This document shows, piece after piece, positions 1 through 11,460 of a stretch of 64,000 bases of DNA. This DNA comes from Octopus sinensis (lineage: Eukaryota). Where the stretch lies: NCBI RefSeq assembly GCF_006345805.1, contig NC_043002.1:43090001-43154000 (forward strand), written 5' to 3'. The translations under genes and the position numbers were made by a program. How positions within the stretch are numbered: the first letter of the stretch is position 1; each line of letters begins with the position of its first letter. The notes beneath the pieces were generated by a model. The model was not told the origin of the DNA. It saw only the letters and a list, made by a program, of their open reading frames with translations, and made no database searches.

Positions 1-639
1 TATATATAGTCACGTGAGCGAGCAAACGAAAGTCACACTCAACACACTTTGTAGGAGTTCCATGTATCTTTGATAACAGTTTGTATGTACTCCTCATGAC
101 TAAAATTTCCTCTCTGATGAATATCCGTTACTGAGGCAGAATAAATAACTAGGAACGCGCTTCTAGCGGTCTAAGAGAGAGAATGTTGAGTTGATAATTG
201 TGCGTTTACACCTTTGACCAGTAAGTGAAAATTTTCTTCCATGGTGAACCGCAGCGACATTGCTTTTAGATATTGAAACATATTTGAACTAACCTACAGT
301 TTGCTTAATTTTTGTCACCGCTTCGCGATATTTCTTATGCATTTGATCAAATCGAGTGGTTTACTGGAGTAAATCAGTTGCTTGTATTGATTTATGATAA
401 GACTAAGGCTCCCTGTCAGTGACTGAAGACGGAATAACGAGCCAGATATGCGCATCTAGCGATCCACATAGGTTGCTTTGAGCTGAGCTGATGATAGTCT
501 AGCTAACGTTTTTACCATAGGTGGGAATTTTACTCCACAGACCTGCATTGAAATTGCATTTAGAAGTTGAAATATGTCCCAAATATATCAAAAAGGAAAC
601 ACTTATACTTACAAAGATCATAGAACAACTATTCATAGA

Positions 640-898
640 GGATGAATTTCAACAATATATACATACATACATGCATACATATATACATACACGCATACAT
701 ACATGCATATATACATACATGCATGCATACATACATACACAAACAGGCATAAATATATGCAACTATGTATAATTATATACATAATTACATTCAAGTATGC
801 ATACATTTACACATACATATCTATTCGCTTTTCTCGCTCTGATATATATATATATATGTATGTATGTGTGTGTGTGTGTGCGTGCGCGCGTGCGTATA

Positions 899-929
<31 letters not shown>

Positions 930-1030
930 CATGCATATGTGTATGTACACGCACAGCACACATTCACGTGCGTGCACACATACACAGACATACACACATA
1001 TATTCATACATGCACATACATGCGTATGCG
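640..1030. repeat. Compound microsatellite (TACA)n/(TA)n/(TG)n
   Basis: Visible simple repeats; the overlapping 'ORFs' are YI/HT/CV low-complexity artefacts. Confidence 0.95.
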
Positions 1031-1315
1031 TTTTATTGGACTAATCTGCAGTAATTTAATTGCTCATGTGCTTAATTTAGGAGCACGTTCCTTACTGCGA
1101 GACTTCAGATTATAACATTATCAAATAAGTTATCCCCGCGAGATAGTGCACTTCATAGAATTTGCTCAAAATTCCGATAATTTTCGTTGTGGTTAATGTC
1201 TGTTTGTCCCCACAGAGGAATTTGCTGTAGTTTTCTTTTAATAATGCTTCTCATATCATGGGTCTGCGTTAAGTTTTTACTATAGAACTAACTAGCTATA
1301 TATGGCTATTTCATA

Positions 1316-1703
1316 ATGATGGAAGCACTCCGTCGGTTACGACGACGAGGGTTCCGGTTGATCCGAATCAACGGAACAGCCTGCTCGTGAAGTTAACGTG
1401 TAAGTGGCTGAGCACCCCACAGACACGTGTACCCTTAACGTAGTTCTCGGGGATATTCAGCGTGACACAGAGAGTGACAAGGCCGCCCTTTGAAATACAG
1501 GTACAACAGAAACAGGAAGTAAGAGTGAGAGAATGTTGTGGTGAAAGAGTACAGCAGGGATAACCACCATCCCCTGCCGGAGCTTCGTGGAGCTTTAGGT
1601 GTTTTCGCTCAATAAACACTCACAACGCCCGGTCTGGGAATCGAAACCGCAATCCTATGACCGCGAGTCCGCTGCCCTAACCACTGGGCCATTGCGCCTC
1701 CAC
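1316..1703 (-). mobile_element. tRNA-derived SINE (octopus OR1-like)
   Basis: Minus strand starts GTGGAGGCGCAATGGCCCAGTGGTTAGGGCAGCGGACTCGCGG...GGTTTCGATTCCC (A-box/B-box tRNA head), followed by about 300 nt of non-tRNA body. Confidence 0.8.
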
Positions 1704-1904
1704 TATTTCATAATAGACATACAGTGAATCATTTGTACATTCACAATTATTGTTTGCATATGCGTACGCTATTTTCTATTTTTACTGAATTCATTCAGTA
1801 GAGTCTGGCCATGCTAAGGCACCGCATTCAATGTTATCAAATAAAATACTTGTTTCCGTCTACGACTTATTTCATTAAAACTATTTGTCGAACCGCCAAG
1901 TTAC

Positions 1905-2168
1905 AAATATATATATATGTATACACACACGTTTTATATGCTTGTATGTATGTATGTATGTATGTATGTATGTATGTATGTATGTATGTATGTATGTATG
2001 CATGTATGTATGTATGTATGTATGTACGTATGTATGTATGTATGTATGTACGTATGTATGTATGTATGTATGTATGTATGTATGTATGTATGTATGTATG
2101 TATGTGTGTATGTATGTATGTATATATGTAAATGTGGTGTGTGTGAATGTATGTATGTATGTTTATAT

Positions 2169-2214
<46 letters not shown>

Positions 2215-2300
2215 CATACACATATATACTTATATACACATATGTATATGCATATTACACACACACACACACACACATTCACACATATATATATATATTC
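1905..2300. repeat. (TATG)n, (TA)n and (CA)n microsatellite block
   Basis: Directly visible. Confidence 0.95.
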
Positions 2301-2473
2301 AGTGCAATTTAGTAAATAATAATGATGGTATTTTTTATAAGCTTAAAGCTTATAGCGACCGCCATGAAAATGACTTAGGAAAATAGTCTAATATTGGCCT
2401 ATATGCCTCATTATTAGACTATTTTCCTTAGTCATTTGCTCTGTGATCGGTATAAGCTTTAAACATACATACA

Positions 2474-2518
<45 letters not shown>

Positions 2519-2519
<1 letters not shown>

Positions 2520-3582
2520 ATGGCCCTCTTAGACATGCCCTCAGCCACGCAGAGAGCCACGATCACAAGTTATGCAGATGATACAAAAGTTTCACAGGCA
2601 ATACAGAACCCTGAAGACACTATGCACCTGCAATGTGAGCTGGACAAAATATACAAGTGGACTAAAAAGTATAGCATGCTGTTCAATGCTGAAAAGTTTC
2701 AAGCTTTATGCTATCAGCATGCAAAACTAAATGTAATACTCAATAAATACACTAGACCTGGAGGGATTGCAATCCCAGAGGCGCAATCAGTGCGAGACCT
2801 GGTATTTACATGAGTGATGATGCAACCTTTCATGTGCGTGTTGCTAAATTGGCAATGAAATGTAGGCGGCTGACCGGATGGATTCTTAGAACCTTTAGAA
2901 CAAGAGACCAGGAAACCATGATGGTCCTCTGGAGGACACTTGTCCTAAGCCACTTTAACTATTGCTCTCAGCTATGGTCACCATCCAGTGTCAAATTAAT
3001 CACGGAACTTGAGACGATCCAACGAAGCTACACGAAGATAACCTCTGTGCAGCATATAAGCTACTGGGAAAGACTCAAGAGATTAAGACTCTATTCCTTA
3101 GAGCGTAGGCGAGAAAGATATGTTATAATATACATCTGGAAGATCCTAGAAGGACTTGTCCCAAACTTTGGCATCGAGAGTTACACAAATACTAGAACAG
3201 GGCGCCACTGCATAGTGCCAAGGACTCCAAATTTGCCATCAAGATGTAGGACAAGATACTGTGATAGCCTGGGCTTCAGAGACTCACAGCTCTTCAATAT
3301 CCTCCCGAAGAACCTGAGAGACCTGCATGGGGTGGATGCAGATGTCTTTAAAATAAAACTGGATCTTTTCCTGTCAGGTATCCTAGATGAACCAACTTCA
3401 CGGCATGAGGTGCAGATGAGGGCAGCTGCATCGAACTCTCTCATGCACCAAATGGCAATTGCTAAAAAGCAATCGTGAAGTAAAATCATGTAGCAACACC
3501 AAATGGCGGTACCCCAGCATGGCCACAGCTCGTGAGCTGAAACTAGATAAAATAAAATAAAAAATAAATAAAAATAAAAAAT
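2519..3582 (+). mobile_element. 5'-truncated CR1-group (CR1/L2-like) LINE: RT C-terminal part, 3' UTR and (AAAAT)n tail
   Basis: SYADDTK catalytic motif (ORF 2520-2813), then LVLSHFNYCSQLWSP..LETIQRSYTK..LRLYSLERRRER (ORF 2810-3478), typical of the CR1/L2 RT thumb; one frameshift; 5' end abuts (TA)n. Confidence 0.9.
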
Positions 3583-3599
3583 ACTGTTGTGTCTGGGGA

Positions 3600-4870
3600 G
3601 AGTCATTTTCTTTTTGTGCCTTATAATTTAACACACTCACCGGTAAACTTTCCACTTATTTCTTATTGTTATTGTAATACTTTTGTGACAATCAGTACTT
3701 AACACAACAAAGTTTATACAAAGCTTTACATTTTACTTTTGACAATCTTTTTCTACAAAAGTGAAATCGGTCAAGTGAATAAACATCATAAAAATTGCAT
3801 TTTCAAACCTTCTTTCTTATATCCATCATAAAATTAATAACATTAATTTTATATGAATGTTTACAGACATAAGTTACGTGAGAATTTAGTATTTGTAAAT
3901 TTTTATTTCTTATTTGTATTTAAAAAAAAATTTTTTTTATTTTACATTTAAAAAATTTTTATTAATTTTATTTGAATTAAATTATGGCTTGCTCAGTAAC
4001 ATACTTATATGTTAAAATTAAAATTAAAATTAAAATATAGTATTTGGTATCGAACTATGATAAAGTTATTTAGAGGCCTGATGATTGGGGTTACATTTTA
4101 AGAAAGGTTCCTGTAAAACACTTCGTGCTTAAGGAACCGTAAAATGAACCTCAAGAAACACGTGTAGCTGAGAAATGAGTAGTATTAAATTAAATTAAAA
4201 CTCTTTTATATGGTGAGATGAAGGGAACTACTATCTCTAAATAACAGATATATTTTTCCTCATTGAGAATAATTTGAACTCCTGTGATGCCGGAATTTTT
4301 ATTCCCTAATAAGTAAAATTAAATATACATACATACATATATTTAAATATTGAGGGAGATAAATTAATATTAATTTTAATATCAATTTAAAACCAGTAGT
4401 CCAGCATTCAAAAAATCTGAGAAGTCAGAGAAAATTCAAATATATGTGTATATTGGCAGGGCTGGCCTGCTAGGTAGCCGGCCGAATGCTAGAAGAAGAT
4501 CATCAACGATCAAACTACAAGGGAAATTCTCTAGAGGAAGAATTCAGCGAATACCAGAACCAAATTTGGCGGGCAGGACATATGAAAATTTAAATAAAAA
4601 ACAAACTTAAATGCATACCTCGGTTTCGGTCTTTAACAAAAGAATTACTTGCATAATTCAAATGTCCGTGACTTCATCAGTACATTCGGTCATCGAGATG
4701 CAAACTGAAAAACTAACGCGAAGCTTAATCAATGTTGTTATCGTGCAATGCCTGTGCAAGAAGATTTTTTTTTTAAGTGAGGAAAGGCTGTGCACTGAGT
4801 CAATCCCAATCACTAAGCAACAGCAGCCATAATCCGAAAAGAAGGACAAGTCAACATCATCGGTAACCAC
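3600..4870 (-). mobile_element. Decayed Penelope-like terminal-repeat (pLTR) remnant
   Basis: AT-rich noncoding segment containing a hammerhead motif (4613-4683); TTGAGGGA(G)ATAAAT at about 4350 recurs at about 6010. No ORF; boundaries approximate. Confidence 0.4.
4613..4683 (-). ncRNA. Type I hammerhead ribozyme motif
   Basis: Minus strand: GUA-CUGAUGA-A-GUC(long loop with GAAUUA/UAAUUC hairpin)GAC-C-GAAA-CC(GA)GG-U-A-UGC. Intact core, helix I GUA/UGC, GUA cleavage triplet. Confidence 0.7.
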
Positions 4871-4879
4871 TGAGTCGCA

Positions 4880-5245
4880 GGTCTTATGTCGGAGTTATCC
4901 CAGTTACCTGAGTTACCTTCTCCTAGAAGGATGCCCTAACAAAGGCTAGGAGTCCTTCACTCCCAATGGTTTAACCGCGCGATCGGGTATTCAGTCCGAT
5001 TATTTCTATGTCCCCGCGCATGATATAGCCTTAAGACATTTATTGGATGGCCGTTGACTCTCAAGAGTTCCTCCGCCCTTTGACGGGTTTTGTTTTTCAT
5101 CCCGAAGGGTGTCCCATAAACACCCTTCTCACCAAGCAAGCTTGGTGGGTGGGGTTGCCGGTTTAGTCGCCGACGACCCGACCATGCAACAGGTTGTAAT
5201 GGGTTACATGTTACCAGTAGCACTCGAACGTGACCTGACACTAAC
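4880..5245 (-). mobile_element. Probable 5' UTR fragment of an RTE-clade LINE
   Basis: GC-richer island ending (minus strand) GGGCATCCTTCTAGGAGAAGGTAACTC, resembling RTE 5' UTR motifs; recognised from memory only, no coding part. Confidence 0.4.
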
Positions 5246-5964
5246 ATACATACATACATACATACATACATATGCTCAAGCGAATGAAAGTAACCCTGGA
5301 TACATTTACATTGAGCAGGTTGTATTAAATAATTTAACTTAGCTCTACACTATTCAAAATTTCTTAGGGGTAGAATACAACCACATTCTCAGATGTATGA
5401 AATCGAACGGAAGAGATTTTTTAAATTCAAAAGAAATTTATAAATAGCTTAGGGTGAGAATATTTAGCCTTCCATTAGTCCTTTGAAGTTAAGTGCATAT
5501 TTTAGTTTAGCTGCGACAGCGAGTCATTCCCCCATTAGTCAGTGTGTCAAGCACAACTGCATGGTATAAGCCATAGTGATAGTACGCGAAAGGAGGAAAT
5601 GATTCCATTGTAAGCCAACAGAAAACATATACCGTTCAACTGTGAATGAGTGCCTGACATCAATATCAGATGGAGCAATTATGGAACGAATTGTGGTCAC
5701 TGCTTGACAAAGTATTCACGTGACCCGAACTGAACACTGGAGGCCCGAATATTCTTATCTATAATCGATTTCTAATTTTTCTTTCTGTATTCTCTTCACA
5801 CCGACTCCGCACATCTGAGGATGTGGGCATGTCCTGTCCTCCCAATACTGATGTGGAGCTAACTCAGCCTATTATACATACACACATACATACATACATA
5901 CATACATACATACATACATACATACATACATTTAAATATATATATATATGTTGCCTTTCGGTTA

Positions 5965-6006
<42 letters not shown>

Positions 6007-6095
6007 TTATTTGAGGGAATAAATCCAAACTTACAAGGAAAAAAGAATTCAATTTAGAAATACTAAATCAAATTCCACACAATATAATATATATT

Positions 6096-6293
6096 AAATA
6101 TTAGAAAAAAAACACCTTTTATCAATTCAAAATGAATAATTAAATTACACCATCTAGAAAATTACATTTAATAGAAAACTTTAAAATAAAATAATAATTG
6201 TTATTTTATTTTTAAGTTTTCTATTATATGTAATTTTCTAGATGCTGTAATTTAATTATTCATTTTGAATTGATAAAAGGTGTTTCTTTTCTA

Positions 6294-6299
<6 letters not shown>
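6096..6299. repeat. Near-perfect ~100-bp-arm palindrome (foldback), probably an inverted PLE terminal repeat
   Basis: 6096-6194 is the reverse complement of 6201-6299 with a few mismatches; 6-nt centre; abuts (TA)n. Confidence 0.9.
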
Positions 6300-6389
<90 letters not shown>

Positions 6390-6512
6390 CACTGCTGTCT
6401 ATATTAATTTCCGGTGTACACATTAGCGAGTTGCTAAATCATCCATAGATTTTACATGGTGTAAACCTATATACTGACAGAGAATTCAGTCCGGAATCAG
6501 CCGGTCGAGCGG

Positions 6513-6565
6513 TCCTTACTGATGAAGTAACGAAAATTGCCGAAACTGACCGGTTGGTATAATGA
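6513..6565 (+). ncRNA. Minimal type I hammerhead ribozyme motif
   Basis: UUA-CUGAUGA-A-GUAA(CGAAAA)UUGC-C-GAAA-CUGACCGGUUGG-U-A-UAA. Intact core, quasi-palindromic helix III, GUA cleavage site after 6559, short helix I UUA/UAA. Confidence 0.6.
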
Positions 6566-6765
6566 AATCTCGATCAGTGTTTCGGGCGATTATAGTCCCT
6601 GTTAGTATATATGTATACAATTAAGTGCTTTGACTACAGCATTAGAGCATTTTAGCTCTTATTTCTAGCAATGTAGGTGTTTCTAACACCCGAGTCATGT
6701 TTGGTGACAATTATAGTTTTCCTTTTTGGTAAAACATTGTACATCGCTGTCTGTATAAATTTTAT

Positions 6766-6872
<107 letters not shown>

Positions 6873-7738
6873 TATGTGTATGAGTGTGTGTTCCAGTTTG
6901 TGTGTTCATGCTTATTTCCTGGTGTAAACGGGTATGTACTTTATATCAAAATATATCGATTGTAATAACTAAAATAAGTATTTGGTGTCGATATGATCGC
7001 GTAAAAAGTTTAAGTTTGTGCTCCAGCAAAGCCGCACTCGAGTAGATGAATCCAATAAAATGTATATTAGAAACAAAGGACACTTCATTCAACTTCCATT
7101 CATGTGAAATCATCTTAATTTCGTTTGCTTTCCTGTATTACTCAACCCATATATCAGCTAGGTAAAAAAATAAAAAAATATTTGTTGGTGGATGAGATTA
7201 GCAATGACAGAGGCAGTTGAATGAACTTTATTTGAACTAATAGCTATGTATAATCAATTTTGTCTTTCTTTTTAGCCCTAGGTCATTCCAGATCGAGCTA
7301 GCGCATGAGCCAAAGATTTCTAGCTGTGTCAATGTGTAGTTTTTCAGGTATTATGCATCTAGGAATTTATTATCGAATATAACCTTCCTTTACAAAAATG
7401 TAAATTCAAAGGTAATTTGGTCGATACGTTTTTGCAATTGGGATAACCTAGAGGTGCTCTCTGTAGACGTGGCGTGTTGGTGCTGTTTTTTAATTACATT
7501 TTACAGTATAAACTGAGCTCAACAATCCGATGAGAGAGAGACACTGTTGGTCGTTCGACAGGCTAGAAATGACCTGCAAATCTCCCTCAAATCACACCTT
7601 ACAGTCTTAAAAAGGGAAGCTACAGTGGATGATGTACTCACTGATATCTTTTGTCCTTTTTTAGTTATAGTCACTGGAATGTGGCCATGTTGGGGCACCG
7701 CCTTGGAGAATTTAGTCGAAAAAATCGAACTCAGTACA

Positions 7739-7779
<41 letters not shown>

Positions 7780-7783
<4 letters not shown>

Positions 7784-7931
7784 CGAGCTTTCACATAGTT
7801 TCCGTCTACCAAATGAACTCACAAGGCATTGATTGGCACAGGGCTACAGTAGAAGACACTTGCCAAAGCTGTATAGTGTGACTGAACCCGAAACCACGTG
7901 GTTGTAAAGCATGCTTCTTAACCACACAGCC
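7780..7931 (-). mobile_element. Partial CORE-type SINE (OR2-like), 5' half
   Basis: Same head and body as the fuller copies at 33960, 41930 and 49673 (GGCAAGTGTCTTCTACT...TTGGTAGACGGAAACT). Confidence 0.75.
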
Positions 7932-8340
7932 TTATGCATGGTCAAGGCTTTAAAATATCTTTCGTTCTAGGCCTGCTCCATCAGTGCTGTGCATCAACTC
8001 TAACAACAAAAGTAGCACTCGCATTATGTATTTGCAACCCAGTACGTCATCTATTCCTCTCCGCGACGGTCTCTTTGTATAGGTAGTAACAAAACAACGT
8101 ATTGGAGTTGATATAAAAACAGCCATAACAACAACAGTCGCAACTGCAATATCATCATCATCATCAACAATATCTGACACAATGAAGATGTTTCTGCAGG
8201 GTCAAATGCCTCAACGATAGCGCTACTACACTTACGAGAAAAGAACAGCGAAATTTTTCTCAAATCCTAGCTAACAGCTTTAAAAAAATAGAGTGGGCAC
8301 ACGGGATAACCTAGTCACAGATACCTCTAAAGCAGTCATA

Positions 8341-8595
8341 GTGGAGGCACGTGGATTAGTGGTTAGGGTGTTGGACTCATGATCGTAAGATTGTGGTTTC
8401 GATACCGGGAACAAAACACTTCTTGAGCAAAACACTTCATTTCATGTTGTTCCAGTCCAATCAGCTGGTAAAAATGAGTTATCCTGCGACGGAACGACGT
8501 CCCGTCTAGGTGGAAATTTTATACGCCATGAAAACCGAGAAACCGGCTCTTATGAGTCGGCATAACTCGAGAAGATAATTTTTTTTTTTTTTTAC
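8341..8595 (+). mobile_element. tRNA-derived SINE with target-site duplication
   Basis: GTGGAGGCACGTGGATTAGTGGTTAGGGTGTTGGACTC...GGTTTCGATACC head; CTAAAG(C/T)AGTCATAG duplicated at 8327-8341 and 8596-8610. Confidence 0.8.
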
Positions 8596-8840
8596 CTAAA
8601 GTAGTCATAGATATCACTAAAATGTGGGATACTCACACGGCAGGGTTGATCTGAGACTAAACATCAACAATAATAATAACAAGAACGACAACAGTAATAG
8701 CAATGATACATTTGCTTTAGAATGTCTTAATTTACAAATATTTCACCCTCTAAAATTTGTTTTACAACAAATGAATTTTTCTCTTTCTTTAGTTGTTGTG
8801 TAAGCGCTGCAAGATAATGATGATGATGATGATGATGAAT

Positions 8841-8970
8841 AATTCTTTGTACTTCGGAAGGACGAAAGATAAAGTCGACCTCGGCGGAATTTGAACTCAG
8901 AACGTAGCAACAGGCGAAATACCGCTCAGCATTTCGTCCAGCGCGCTAACGATTCTGCCAGCTCATCGCC

Positions 8971-8973
<3 letters not shown>
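8841..8973 (-). mobile_element. SINE fragment with Deu/Nin-like central domain
   Basis: Minus strand TAAGGCGATGAGCTGGCAGAATCGTTAGC...GTTCTGAGTTCAAATTCCGCCGAGGTCGACTTT; same family recurs at about 13870, 14130, 22910, 31600, 33500 and 45070-46330. Confidence 0.7.
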
Positions 8974-9034
<61 letters not shown>

Positions 9035-9040
9035 TAATAA

Positions 9041-10209
9041 AATGCCCCGATGCAGTACCAGGCAGTGGCTCTCATGGCTTCTGATCTTAACTGATTGGAA
9101 GTGTTATCACGTACATTGTTTTGTCTTGGTATAAAAGATGGGCTACAGCAAATATTCTGCTCAATACCACAGATTTGCTTGTCAGTTGTTTGACCTTAAC
9201 CAGTTGAGCATGTCCCTTAGTGGCTGACGATATGTGCATCTCTGATCACGAGCAGAAGTAGTGGGGGAGCATCATAGCCATGTGTTGAGAGGGATTCTTT
9301 GGGGTTTGAATAGTTCACCTCTGGAAACATGGGTGGTTCTTTCAACATCCTTAAACAACCTTATTCAGGGACCGTTTGAGCGGGATGGGCTACTCAACCT
9401 GAAGAAAATTCTAACTGGGCCCCACCTGCAAGGTCATGTGCTGTTTATCTTGATATGAGATCACCATGTCGCGCACATATGGTTATGATGCATGTGTCTG
9501 GTGTACCCTTATCAGACGGGTAGTCATGATGGGTATATTGGGCTTCGTATATTTTACCCCAGTGTCACTTTGATGGCATGAACTGCTCTCTCACTCAATA
9601 ATAATAATATAATAATAATAATAAATAATAATAATAATAATAATGATAATAAAATGCCCCGATGCAGTACCAGGCAGTGGCTCTCATGGCTTCTGATCTT
9701 AACTGATTGGAAGTGTTATCACGTACATTGTTTTGTCTTGGTATAAAAGATGGGCTACAGCAAATATTCTGCTCAATACCACAGATTTGCTTGTCAGTTG
9801 TTTGACCTTAACCAGTTGAGCATGTCCCTTAGTGGCTGACGATATGTGCATCTCTGATCACGAGCAGAAGTAGTGGGGGAGCATCATAGCCATGTGTTGA
9901 GAGGGATTCTTTGGGGTTTGAATAGTTCACCTCTGGAAACATGGGTGGTTCTTTCAACATCCTTAAACAACCCTTATTCAGGGACCGTTTGAGCGGGATG
10001 GGCTACTCAACCTGAAGAAAATTCTAACTGGGCCCCACCTGCAAGGTCATGTGCTGTTTATCTTGATATGAGATCACCATGTCGCGCACATATGGTTATG
10101 ATGCATGTGCCTGGTGTACCCTTATCAGACGGGTAGTCATGATGGGTATATTGGGCTTCGTATATTTTACCCCAGTGTCACTTTGATGGCATGAACTGCT
10201 CTCTCACTC

Positions 10210-10277
<68 letters not shown>
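9041..10277. repeat. Tandem duplication of a ~560-bp element plus (TAA)n tail (period 612 bp); probably a retroposon 3' end
   Basis: AATGCCCCGATGCAGTACC at 9041 and 9653; copies almost identical and each ends in (TAA)n. Confidence 0.9.
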
Positions 10278-10279
<2 letters not shown>

Positions 10280-10518
10280 TGGACGTGATACTAAGAGTGA
10301 CTGGCGCGTTTGGAAGTATCAATACTCAACTACAAAATTAGCTCCAAAAAAATGGGTAGAAATGTAAAGATAGAATGCCTACAAAAAGTATTATTGCTTG
10401 GAACTGCAATGTTCTTCAAGCATGATCAGTAATCAAGTGTTACCTTAGTCTATTGGCTGTGGACAGCTGACACTTTCCAGCACATCCTGTAAAATAAACT
10501 GAGAGTTCATTTATCAAC

Positions 10519-10520
<2 letters not shown>
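10278..10520 (+). mobile_element. Decayed 3' end of an R4/Dong-type LINE
   Basis: Reads V..VTGAFG...LQKVLLLGTA, matching the intact C-terminus at 15080-15210, followed by (TAA)n. Confidence 0.55.
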
Positions 10521-10567
<47 letters not shown>

Positions 10568-11369
10568 TAATAATAATAATAGAAGAAACAAAGAAAGAAC
10601 GAAAGAAAAAAGAAAAGACGAAAGAAAAAAGAAAAGACGAAAGAAAAAATGGAGAAAGAAAGAACGAAAGAAAAAAGAAAGATAGAAAATAGAAAGAAAG
10701 GACGAAAGAAAACGAAAAAGAGAAAGAAAGAACGAAAGAAAACAGAAGGAAAGAAAGAAAGAAAAAAAGAAAGTCAGCATCAGGAGAAAGTTTTTTCAAA
10801 CTTTATTGTTGAAACATATGTACTCAGCTACTTGTATTCATACATTATGCGCACATTTGGGTATGTGCGTGTGTGTGTGTCTGTGTGTAGATATGTGCAT
10901 TCATTAGATTTCATTGAATTAGTAATTATAGTAAATAAAGAGAACAGTGTTTTAAATTTGCAATAGGATCACAGTTAACAACCATGCCAGTTACCCCCCA
11001 AAAGAGCGCTAAATAACCGTAGAAAGAACAGATCGTCACACAAAATACCTTGTCATAATCTTTCTACGGCTGATAGAAGGTATACCAGTAAGGTACTAGA
11101 GCCCATGAAATCGACGACATCTCTTTCTACAAAGTGTTAGAAATTCGGTGAAATTAATTAGAGCAATAAGTTTGTACAATTTTATTTTCTCTCTTTTACA
11201 TTCTGAGTTCAAAATCTATAGAGGATGACTTTATATTTTTTCTTGTGGGTTCAGTGAAATAAAGTGCCAGTAAAGAAAAAAAAAAAAAACGAAAAGAAAA
11301 AAGAAAGAAAGAAAGAAAGAAAGAATGATTGGGCTTGTCCCTATGTAAGAAATCCTTATATTAAACTAT

Positions 11370-11390
11370 TTTCTCCTTTTTGTTTTTCAG
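11370..11390 (+). promoter_or_regulatory. Splice acceptor of the neuropeptide coding exon
   Basis: TTTCTCCTTTTTGTTTTTCAG|GTTTG: strong polypyrimidine tract plus CAG, 70 nt before the ATG; implies an upstream noncoding exon (not located). Confidence 0.75.
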
Positions 11391-11460
11391 GTTTGTCTCG
11401 TTTCGAACGCTCTCGCTCTCTCTTTTGACTGTGCTGAAGATTCACCAATCCTGCCAAGCA

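Noticed and set aside
420-510. Hammerhead-like remnants CTGAAGA..GATATGCGCATC and CTGATGATAG..CTAACGTT
   Set aside because: The GAAA core is mutated or missing and helix I does not pair; at most decayed PLE ends.
1660-1703. tRNA-like sequences at SINE heads (also 8341, 33960, 49673)
   Set aside because: They continue into SINE bodies and lack a complete cloverleaf; not tRNA genes.
521-2400. Many overlapping ORFs ([12 protein letters not shown])
   Set aside because: Translations of microsatellites; the same applies to similar ORFs throughout the window.
4075-4125. CTGATGA...GAAAGGTTCCTG
   Set aside because: Helix II is mostly G-U pairs, the cleavage position is G, and there is no helix I.
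5810-5860. CACAT-CTGAGGA...ATGTG hammerhead-like fold
   Set aside because: The GAAA/helix III segment is absent.
11380-11460. N-terminal extension of the neuropeptide ORF in the track
   Set aside because: It starts at TTG inside the polypyrimidine tract; the Met at 11461 directly precedes the signal peptide.
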